A DNA stretch of 64,000 bases from Eledone cirrhosa (lineage: Eukaryota), in contig OZ024743.1 in the NCBI GenBank assembly GCA_964016885.1, positions 367,102,001-367,166,000 of the forward strand. Reading direction: 5' to 3'. Position 1 is the first letter of the stretch. Each line of letters begins with the position of its first letter. The notes under the pieces were generated by a model. That model was not told where the DNA came from. It was given only the letters and a program-made list of their open reading frames with translations, and made no database searches. The position numbers were made by a program, and so were the translations under genes. Below are positions 25,441-36,000 of the stretch, piece by piece.

Positions 25441-25649
25441 CAAGCATGTGAAACTGTGGGTTCCTCGAGGGTCACATATGTGTTGTCTGAAAGCCACACA
25501 TGACAACTAATTGCGCACATTACAACTAATTTTAAAAATTTTATATAACGAAGGTAACACATGCTTGCGCTGTAAAAAACTTTGTGCGGGCTGCAGGTGT
25601 GCTTGTAAAGGGCCAATGTGGCCCGTGGGCTGCACGTTTGACATGCCTG
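25441..25649 (-). mobile_element. hAT (Buster-like) MITE with perfect 8-bp TSD
   Basis: TIRs caagcatgtgaaac / gtttgacatgcctg. TSD tactatac at 25433-25440 and 25650-25657, with a central TA. Confidence 0.88.
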
Positions 25650-26399
25650 TACTATACCATTTCCTCACCATATGACTTTCTATATGGCTGGGACTAGTTT
25701 GTGACTAGTTTGTGACTCACAGCAGCTTATCTGATAGAAACACTCCATTGTCTCCCATGTTAGTATCTATCTTTTTTCCTTCTTGACATACACATCATCT
25801 AGTATTTCTTTGAATCTATGTCTGATTGAGAGATCTTTTAATTTCTATTTCAGATTTTTCTCCAAATTGGCTTGTGTTTCTAGGTCTTTCTACTTCTTAT
25901 TCTAAAGTCACTAAACACTACTTTATGCAGAGTGATACATTTTTAATTAAGGAAAGGCTTATTATTCATAACCATCTATGCTGTTTCTTGGAAAGTATTG
26001 CTTGTGTGTTTGTTTGAATGGTATGCGATTCAGTGACTGGTTAGTTTCCTGAAGTTAGTGTTGCAAATAGATGGTTAGGTGATTTGCATTACAGAACTCC
26101 CAAGAGCCTGGACACCACATTATTTTGTGGACCATAACTCCAGTCAATATGTGTATTGGAATAGCATATGCATGTGTTTGTGAGTGAGAGAGAGGGAGAG
26201 AAAGAGCAGGAGAGAGGGAGAGAGAGAGCGCGAGAGAAAAAGGGGAAGAGCTATTGCATAAAGTGTTTAACCTACTCATTCTGAAAGATGGAACCATTGA
26301 ATTGACAAATTGAGGATAGAGCGCATTGATGTGTTAATGGTTGTAGTGCATTGGTGAGTTAATGTTATAGTAACAGATGGATGACAAAATATTATTTAT

Positions 26400-27047
26400 T
26401 CATAAACAAAATTAGAATTTGGTTTTTCGCTCTAACATAGCAGATATGTAAATGTATGTTTTATATTGAATAATAACAATATTCGATTCGTTTGAAAGCA
26501 AACAGCCTCATTATGCTATGTTTTTTAGATGACCATAACCATCCTTGTTCTAGTGGTGACAGAGAGAAACAATCGATAATATTGTTTCTGGGTTATTGCC
26601 CTTTGTCAAGATTGTGTATATCTCTTCTGTCACTCACTAGAACTCTTGAGAATATATAGTATTCTCTAAAGTATACATCGGCTAATTTACATACAATTTT
26701 ATGGTTGGCTTTGTCGAAAATCAAAAACAAAAATAGAATTTGGTTTTTTCCTCTAACATATCGGATATGTAAATGTATTTGTGAGTTTTATATCGGATAA
26801 TATTAATATTCAATTCATTGCAATGGTCATCTACAAAACATAGCGTAATGAGGCTGTTTGCTTGAGAGATACATAATCTTAACAAAGGGCAATAACCCAG
26901 AAACAATATTGTTGATTGTTTCTCTGTTACCACTAGAACAAAAGGATGGTGATGCTCATTTAAAAAACATAGCGTAATGAGGCTGTTTGTATGTAAACGA
27001 ATTGAATATTATTATTATTCAATATAAAACTCACAAATATATTTATT
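26400..27047. repeat. Long imperfect inverted repeat (foldback/MITE-like) with an internal partial direct copy
   Basis: ~26445-26622 is the reverse complement of ~26866-27045. ~26404-26490 is directly repeated at ~26725-26820. Confidence 0.8.
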
Positions 27048-28246
27048 CATACTATTTTCTGAATTATGTATAGCTTTCTTGAAATGAAGGGCTACAGGTA
27101 ACAGCGTAAGACATGGCAAATTTCTCAACCTGTTTCAGATGACCTAGCTGACATATAACAACAGACCTTACATAAACATTTCAGTAAACAATGTTATGAA
27201 TAGCATCTGACTATAATAAAAAAAAAAAGAAAAAACAACAACAGTCACATTGATTGCTGCAAGAATTTTGTTTTGTAAATATTTAAATTTGCAAAAAGAA
27301 TTCAATCTATGCTAATTTAGAAATATAAGTGTAATTCTGCAAAAAAAGAAAAACCAGAAATCAAAATATGTTTGGTGTAGAGTACTTTGTTGAATCCTTT
27401 ATCAAGATTATTTTGTCCTGTTGCTGGCAGGAATTGTGGAAACAGACTGTAATTAGTAAGAATTGACTTTTGAACACCCACTAGTGATTTACAGTAGGAT
27501 AGTAAGAATAGCTCTGGAAACACCCACTAAGGATTTACAAGCAATAAAATCCAGTATAGTAATGTTTTTTATAAATTATTTAAGTTTATTACCTCTTTAC
27601 TGATACAAACATGCTATCATCTTATATTGGGCTTGAATTCAGTACAGTTTTGTTAAACATTTAGTATAAAGCTGGGCTTTATCATGTAACCATCATCATT
27701 CTTTAAAATTTAGAGTATTGACTTTAACTTTTTACTTGTGTCTTTCTGGTGTTTTTGATTGCTTCTTGGGATTGTTCTAAACACCAGAGATTGGAAAATT
27801 TCAATATACACATTTGTATGGGAGAAAGTTTGAATTATATCATTAAAAAATGTGAAATTGTTAAATATATTTTAAAAATAAGTACAACATAAATAAACTG
27901 CTGCTGTAACCAATAGGATGTTACACTTATTAATGGGTATGGACAACTATTGATACAACAGAAATGTGTTTTAAAGATAACTGATCACATGATATGGCAA
28001 ATTATCAAATTCTTTTTACTATATATTCTTTTTTTCAAACCAGAAGAATTCATAGGACATTTATCTCTGTTTTTCATAACCCTAATCAGATGAAAGACAA
28101 ATCCCTTCTTGGAAGTTGGTATTGTGGTATATATCACTGCAAATTTACAATGACGTTGTTGTTTATAAACAAGGTCAGCCATAATCGTAACATAAGAACG
28201 GACCTATTAACATTCTGTGTTCTATAAACAAGTTCAAATCAGTCAA

Positions 28247-29720
28247 TCATATTGAAGGTATGACCGTATCAGCAGCAAGGAGCATGCTCGGAGCTCCATA
28301 CGACAGGTAGGCCAGCGGGTAGGCAGAGGGAGCTCGGCCGAGGCAGGCATTGAGCAGATGGTCGCGGCGTATGCAGTTAAAGGCATTCCTCATGTCAAGC
28401 TTGACAATGAGGTGCCTGGAGTCCCTGGGTGCCGGTTCCAGTGGGCAGCTGTTGAAGAACTGCCTGGTTGCATGTGCGGCCCCTTCACAGCTACTGGACA
28501 CGCCGACACCCAGTTGCACCGGACTGAACTCCTCACACAGTTCAGGTGATATTGACCTGCAGACCACCTTAGCAGCCAGCCTCCGGAAGACATTGCCCAC
28601 AGCGATGGGGCATATGCCACCCTCTTTCTTCTTGAGAGCAGTTAGGCTAGCTGAAAAAAAGAGGCCTCAGGCATGAGGGTCCAGGGCGCCATGGATAAGC
28701 TTATTGGTGAGTGCCATAATTGCACTCAGAAGGTGGTGCCTGGCCTCAGTGGAGAGGGGGGGATACCAACCCCTTGAGGTGGCCTGGTTGGAGACCATCA
28801 GCACCTTCGCTGCTGCTAGCTGGAAAGGACTTGATGGCAGACATGATGTCTGTGTCGGAATCCACAAGGAGCAAGTGGGGATTGGGTGGGGGTAAGGGTC
28901 TGAGGTCAGTGGGTGGCTCAGGGTGCTTGAGTCGCAGGGCAGCCAGGGCCTCCTCAGTGGGTTGGAGGACAGTGTCCTCTGAGGCAGCCACTCTGACTGC
29001 GGCCAAGACATCACCCATGATTAATTTGGCATTTATGCGGTCACGCAAATGCTTGGCGCTGGCCTCAGGGGTGGTGGATTGGGGGTACCCAAGAGTAGGG
29101 TGTGGCGTCCCTAGGCATGCTTGGAATGGGTGCTTGCCCAAAGGATGAAACATTGGCCTTGACAAAAGCTGCTGTTGACCGGCCACCTCGGTCAGCGCCA
29201 GAGCTGAGGAGGCCAAGGGCGAGTGGGGCGAAATAGAAGAGTCGCTCCCAGTCACTGGCTTGATTGGAGTCCAGGGCGGTCTCAATCAGGGAAGTGAAGG
29301 CATCGGCTACCGGCACCTGGGCCACTCTCTGGATCCTGAGTGGGATCTTCCGGAGCCGCCTGAGCCAAGTGATGTTGACCAGTGAGGCTTGGACATCAGG
29401 CAAGCTTGCTGTCTCATCTAGTGGTGTGCCAGATGGTTGTGGATGGGCAGACGAGGGGAAGAGACAGTTTCTGCATCTCCATGTTGTGAGGGCACTGGAG
29501 GCTCAATGCGTCAAGTCAACACAGGTGAGGTGGTGGAAGCAGCCGCACCCCGAACAGTTCCGGCCCCTCTTCCGTCTGTTCGTGGTGCTGCAAGTGCTGC
29601 AGGTGTCGACTGGTGGGGATGAAGGATGGGGCATGGGGCCGGGGACTGGAGCACCAAGCGGCATGAGGGGTAAGTGGCTGGTTGTCACCAGCCTAGGTGC
29701 TAGGCACAACCGTGTATGGA
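28247..29720 (-). mobile_element. CRE-like LINE, N-terminal region and first half of RT, 3'-truncated and frameshifted
   Basis: IPLRIQRVAQ, SSEGADGLQPGHLK, GGICPIAVGNVFRRLAAK, QLGVGVSSSCEGAAHATR, KLDMRNAFNCIRR. The block is GC-rich. Confidence 0.85.
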
Positions 29721-31363
29721 TGGAAGGGAAAGTGCTGATAAGAAGGCCTCATAGCTCACCTACAACAGATACAGAAGCGTCAGAAGACAAGAGAGAAAAG
29801 AAGGGGTGCATAGAGGGGGACACACAAGAAGGTAGAATGTTAACAAATGAATGAATGAATGGATGAATGGACAAAAAAAAGGGGGAAGAAAACAGGGGGT
29901 TGTTCCCACCGGAAAGACCCAGAGTTCAGCACGCACACATGCGAGCATGTTAGCAGTTTCTCGTAGGACCTTGTGGCGAAAGGTGAGTCATTCAATCCTG
30001 AAAACATGTGTTGTTATTGTCACTGATGCTGGAGTTGGCTTCCTCTTGTTAATGGTAGTGGTAGTGATTGCTGGTAAAATGTTGATGTATACACATGTGT
30101 TGTTGTTGTTAATGTCACTGTTGCTGTCGTTGCCTTCCTCTTTTTAATGGTGGTGGTAGGTGAAACTGCTACCAATTCGGGCTGCCAGGCTGCTTGCTGA
30201 GGCTCGAGTGCCTTCGTTCACTATTATTGTGAAGCCATTATTGTGAAGACCTATGCTAAAAGACATTCTGACTATGAACATCACATCCTTTGTTTTTAGT
30301 CATAGTATATTCGAGACTGCCTTATTCAATGTGTCCTTTTTAAAAAGATACTAGGGTGAAATTTGAGATGGGCTTGGCTATTTTTACCAAGTCAAGAAAC
30401 CATTTAGAGGCTTCCACATTGATTTACAATGATGTTGCTTATGTGGTGAACTATACCACTCAAGCTACCTTCCGACAGCTAGGCAGATTTGGCTGTTAAG
30501 AGCCTTGACCACAAACAGGCAGGATCAGTGATTGGACATGAACTTCTAACCACTCATCCATCTGCACATTTATTTTACTATATAATGTCTACTTTTATCT
30601 TTCTCCATTCCTCAATAAACTATTGTACAAAATATTGAAGATTGAAAGAAAATATAGTCTGAAAAACTCTTAGTAAGGTTCAAATTACATATTGGAAGTA
30701 GTTCACTAGTCTTGTCAAGATGATCATTCCACCACTAACTTAATAGACATTGTTCTGTCCATTGTCAATAGTGACAATTGTATTAAAGCTATGGCTATTT
30801 GTAGAGCCAAGTAAAGAGTTGAGACAGAAGATATTCTCTAGCTCATTATTTCAGACTTAACTGATATCCTACAGATAATTCTCAAGGCCTGAAGCTTGAA
30901 TTACACAGAATGACAGTTTTAGCAATATTTACTATAATCTTTATAGTTTTTACTCACTGAGTTACTGATGAAAAAGTTTAAAATATGCTTTCCAATTGAT
31001 TTCAGTATTTGCAGATACAATAAAAGACAACAAGTTGCATGATAATATATAAACATAAATAGACATTTTTAAGGGAGTACTCATGATACATATTTAATAT
31101 AGGAGTAATTCTGATAAGATCATTCTAGATTGAGATATTCTTAAACCCAAGCTCTCTTCTTTGATTCACAAGTATAACCATATTCATATGCTTTCAAATA
31201 AAATATTTCATAAGTTTTCAAATAAGGCATTTGATAAGTTTTCAAAATTAAATTTTTATTGATTTATTTAGTATAAAATTTGAAGAAAGTCATATCCACT
31301 TATGTGTTATAGTTATCTCTCTGCTTTTAAAATTAAACATAGAGTGGAAAAAAAAAAGATAAT

Positions 31364-31741
31364 TGTTTCTACGTTAGGCACAAGGCCAGCAATTACCCAG
31401 TGCATTACTGGTACTTTATTTTATCGACCCCGTAAGGATGAAAGGCAAAGTTAACCTCGGCGGGATTTGAACTCAGAATGGCAAGGGCCGTAACTCTATA
31501 CGTCAAAGCATGGCGTCCGACCCTCTCCCAATACTGCCAATCCACCGCCCTTTAATAATTGTTTCTACTTTAGGCACAAGCCAGCAATTACCCAGTTCAT
31601 TACTGGTACTTTATTTTATTGACCCCGTAAGGATGAAAGGCAAAGTCAACCTCGGCGGGATTTGAACTCAGATCGTAAAGGGACGTAACTATGCTGGAAA
31701 GCATGGCGTCCGACCCTCCACTGATACTGCCAATCCACCGC
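31364..31741 (-). mobile_element. Head-to-tail dimer of family A SINEs within one TSD
   Basis: Two full copies (~31364-31550 and ~31560-31741). aaaagataat occurs at 31354-31363 and 31742-31751. Confidence 0.88.
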
Positions 31742-31775
31742 AAAAGATAATGAATAAGAGTAAAAGGAATTTGGA

Positions 31776-32955
31776 TTAGATGCAGAAGATATTTCTTCTA
31801 TATTCATAGAGTTCTCTCCAGTGGTCTCTGTCCTTCATCATTGCTACTATGTCCTGCACCTCCCAGAGACCAGTGTCTGTCCTTAGGGCATCAACATATG
31901 CCATCCTTGGTCTCCCTCTTCCAGTGTATCCATATAGGATCACTGAGTCCAGTGTCAACTCTGAATGTTGGTGAGTATGTCCAGCTCACCTCAAACTCAT
32001 CTGTGTCACTTTCAAGCTGACTTTTGGGGGGTTCTGTACAGTTTTGAGTTCTTCATCCTCAGTGCATACTGGTTAATGCTCAGAGATATCGTCAGCATCC
32101 TTGTGTAGAACCCATCCACCATCTAAATGAAACGGATTTTCAGGTCTTTACAAAGGTCCCACTTCCACACTGACCTCAAACTGCTACATGCCACCCAGGC
32201 TTTACTCTTCCTCTCCACTACATCTTCCTCTGTGTTCCCAATCTTTGCTTCGAGATACAGGAAGTCCTCAACCAGCTCTAGTGGCTTCCTGCCCACATTC
32301 ATAATCTTCTCTGGTTCCTTGATGTCCTCTACCAGATACTTCGCCTTACTCTCATTCATTCTCAGCCCCACACTCATCGACACAGTCTCCACCTCTTGTT
32401 TTTTCAGTGCAAGAAGGTACATACAATAGTTCACTGCGATGATGAAAAGGTAGGGAGCCAATGTATCTCCCTGGAGCACCCCAGCCAGTATGTCAAAGAA
32501 CTCGTCATCCTGTCAGGTGTAATGACTTGGGCTCTGGTGTTGGTGTAGAGCAGGGATATCAGGTCCACTGTCTTCTTGAGGACTCCATAAGATCTTCATC
32601 AGGCAGTCTTGGTCCACAGAATCAAAGGCCTTCCTGAAGTTAATAAAAACCATGACAGCAGGAAGGCTCTTTGCTCTAGCTCCCTCTAAAATTCTCCTCA
32701 GCATCAGGATGAGACAGGGTGTTGATCTTCCCTCTCTAAAGTCGTTCTGGTTGTCCCTGAGCTTCTTCTGCATCTCGGGCAGGATCCTGTTAAGAATCAT
32801 CATTTTGAGGGTCTTTGCCACAAGTGACGTTAGTGAGATCTCCTTTCTTTGGCACTGGAACGATGTTACTGATCCTCCACTGATCCAGTGCAACTCCCTT
32901 CTCCAGTGCCTGGATATAGAAATGATTTAACAGCCTATAGTCCAACTGAGGGGAA
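31776..32955 (-). mobile_element. RTE-like LINE, RT and 3' part (degraded)
   Basis: QWRISNIVPVPKKGDLT, NQNDFREGRST, FINFRKAFDSVD, LQGDTLAPYLFII, DFLYL, GRGRP...DRDHW. Confidence 0.85.
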
Positions 32956-33727
32956 CAGTAAGGAGGAAGTGGCAGAATAGTGTTCTGAACACAGAACCCT
33001 ACAGTTATTTTGGTACACTGGGCAGTGACCACGGGATTGTTATGAGTGAGGCCCGGGCAAGTTTAAGAAAGAGTAAGGCTAAACCCCAGAGAGCTATCTA
33101 TGACTGGGGAGCTTTCAAGGAAGATGATAAGCTACAGGAGAAGTACACAGTAGAAATGAGGAACAGCTTCAGTACTCTATGTGGAGAGGAAGAGGAGAGA
33201 AAGATTGGAGGACTGAAGAGATTGTGATGAGGAGGTATGGATACTTCACTCTGTAGTGGCAAAAGCAAGGTGCTGAGGAGAGAGAGGAAGAGAAGGGATG
33301 ATAACTCTGCAGACCCAAAAGTGTATGCAGCCAGAGAACACCTGAAATCTGCTAAGGACCAATTCCATGCTGATCCTATGGAGGAGAGGAAGCAGAATGC
33401 AGAGGTGAGGAAAGAAGAACTCTGTGTGCTTACACTGAGGCCAGAGAGGAGGTGCTGATGGAGAAGATCAGGAGTGTAGAGAGAGCAGTTGACAGATGTA
33501 AGTGTAAAGAGAGCTGGAAAAGAGGGAGTTTGAGTCAGATCTGGGGAACCCTACTAGGAGAGTCACCTTCCACATCCCAGAACACTGGGAAGATCAGACA
33601 GCTGTTTGAGAAACTGAAGACAGGACTCTTCACCAGAGTGGGACTTCAGAGAGCCAAGGTGAAGATTAACGAGGGTAAGGCCCATGGAGAAGATGGAGTG
33701 GCATCAGAGGTGGTGAAGAGGTGTAAG
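32956..33727 (+). mobile_element. Inverted upstream segment of the same RTE-like LINE (end of APE domain to start of RT)
   Basis: RRKWQNSVLNTEPYSYFGTLGSDHGIV (APE SDH motif) ... KYTVEMRNSF ... KAHGEDGVASEVVKRC. Confidence 0.8.
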
Positions 33728-33809
33728 AATTATAATATTTTTAATTATAAGTTATCTATGAAAAACAAAGGCAGTGGTGCTAAAGGAATAGTGGTGCAAT
33801 TGTGAAATA

Positions 33810-33814
33810 AGAGA

Positions 33815-33885
<71 letters not shown>
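33810..33885. repeat. (GA)n microsatellite
   Basis: Directly visible. Confidence 0.97.
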
Positions 33886-33889
<4 letters not shown>

Positions 33890-34020
33890 AGGTTTGTGTC
33901 ATCAGTCAGAGTAGCAATGTATGTAACTGGATGGGATAGAAACTCAGTAGGGTTGTCTCAGCACTGTAGTGTGAGCACTAAAATATTTAATGTAGCCCAA
34001 GAAATTTTAATTAATTAATA

Positions 34021-34203
34021 AATTGTTTCTACTTTTGGCACAAGGCCAGCAATTATCCCAGTGTATTACTGGTACTTTATTTTATTGACCCCATAAGGAT
34101 GAAAGGCAAAGTTAACCTCGGCGGGATTTGAACTCAGACCATAAAGGGCCGTAACTCTTTGCTGCAAAGCATGGCGTCCGACCCTCTACTGATACTACCA
34201 ATT
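34021..34203 (-). mobile_element. SINE family A
   Basis: Nearly identical reverse complement of 3881-4066, flanked by taattaattaat on both sides. Confidence 0.88.
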
Positions 34204-34824
34204 AATTAATTAATGACAATAATCCTTATTAAAAAACCTCTGGTCAACAAAAGACCATATTTTAATTAATTAAATATGTAATGCAGTGAAGAGTGATTTT
34301 GATCTTTAGTAGTATGGTAAGATGCTGCAATGATGCAACCAGTGATAGGGCAGAGTAAGGTGTTAATTGGGAAATTCCAATGTCTCTATTTGTTCTCTAA
34401 AGAAGTAGTCTGTGAGGGTACTGTTGATCTGAGTAATTAATTAGAAAGTATGTTTAGTTCGAAGACTTCTGTTAAATTCTTGGACAAGAAATTTGTTTTT
34501 GCCTAAGTTCTTAGAGTCTGTAGCTTATGTCACTCTAAATTTGGATCTTCAGAACTTATATAGAGTAATATAGAACGTACATAATATGACAATTGCAGCC
34601 TGATGACGTCTGTCACCCCCAGATTGGTAGTTGTTTGACTAAGAGAGCTGGGGTAAGGTTTGGAAGTACATGTTTGGGAGGTAGGGTTGAATGTAGGATT
34701 ATGATTTTCATTTACTTGAGTTTGTGGACAATATGGATTTGGTTTAGATTTGTTTATGTTCTAGTTAAGGCATATTATGGTCTTAGTTACTGAGTACTTA
34801 ATGGGTTGTATAATAGTTATATAT

Positions 34825-34980
34825 AATGCTTGTGCAGTTAAGAAGTTCACTTTGCAACCATTTTGTTTTAAGTTAAATCCATTTGTGCAGCATATTTGGC
34901 TAGTTTCTTCTACCATAGTTCTGGGTTGACTGAAGCCTTGTGAGTGAGATTCTGTAAACAGAAACTGTTGAAGGCTGTCA
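34825..34980 (+). mobile_element. Degraded SINE, family C
   Basis: gcagttaagaagttc...tcttctaccatag...aagccttgtgagtgagattctgtaaacagaaactg. Related copies occur at ~48175-48330 (+), ~50680-50820 (-) and ~23725-23800 (-). Confidence 0.6.
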
Positions 34981-34989
34981 GAGAGGCAG

Positions 34990-36000
34990 TTCTTGATATT
35001 AAGAAGTAGGATCTCAGGAAGCTTAACTAAGAATGTAGGCTTCACATGTAGCAGCTGTGCTGGGACAGCAAGCAGCAAACGGCCACAGGAAACAAGCACC
35101 ACCAAACTCTGGGAGGGGTCTGTAGAAACAGTAGACAGCTTCTGCTACCTAGGTGACCGAATTAGCAGCGGAGGTGGGTGATCTGAAAGTACAATAACTA
35201 GGGTAAGAACGGAATGGAAGAAGTTCAGGGAGCTACTGCCACTGCTAGCTGCAAAAGGCTTTTCCCTCAAAATGAAAGGCAGACTGTATGATGTGTGTAT
35301 ACGAACAGCAATGTTACATGGTAGTGAGACCTGGGCGGTGTCTGTGGAAGACTTGCATAGATTAGAAAGAAACAAAGTTTGCATGCTCCGATGGATGTGT
35401 AATAGTAATATACGCGAATGGCAAAGCATAAACGAATTGAGAGAGAGACTGATCATAATAGGAATCAAATGCTGTGTGCAGGAGAGGCGGTTGCGTTGGT
35501 ATGGACATGTGATGCGTATGAAGGATGACAGCTGCAGAGCACTAGAAGTCGATGGAAGACGTGGACTGGGGAGACCCAAGAAGACCTGTGATGAGGTGTT
35601 AAAAGCCAACCTTATCCAATTGCACCTCTCAAAGACGATGACACACGACCGTGACCTCTGGCGTCATGCAGTAATACAGAAGACCCGACTTCCCACGGGT
35701 ACAAGCCGAAGCTGAAGCATATAGACAATATGCCCCCACCCTCCCCCACTGCAAAGTGGTCGTGGAGGTGCCACAGCAAAAAAGCACCCAGCCCACACTG
35801 TAAAGTGGACGTGTAGGCGCCATGGAAAAAAAGCCCCCAGCCCTCACTGTAAATGAGGTTTGTGTTAGGAAGGGCATCCAGCTGTAGAAATCAAGCCAAA
35901 ATCAGTTCCTGTATGAGCAAGGTCAACTGCCCACAACAGGACAACCCGTCTAACCCATGCTAGCATGGAAGAATGGACGTAAAACTGATGATGATGATGA
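34990..36000 (+). mobile_element. RTE-like LINE 3' end: ORF C-terminus to 35715, 3' UTR tail and (GAT)n
   Basis: FTCSSC, VDSFCYLGDRISSGGG, KGRLYDVCIRTAMLHGSETW, RRLRWYGHVMR, GRPKKT, DRDLWR. Confidence 0.88.

Noticed and set aside
28350-30147. Plus-strand ORFs over the CRE-like element
   Set aside because: They are antisense shadows; the recognisable RT motifs are on the minus strand.
9584-34630. Other CTGATGA motifs (e.g. 9584, 30965, 34600) as hammerheads
   Set aside because: None has a stem II followed by a properly placed GAAA and UH site.
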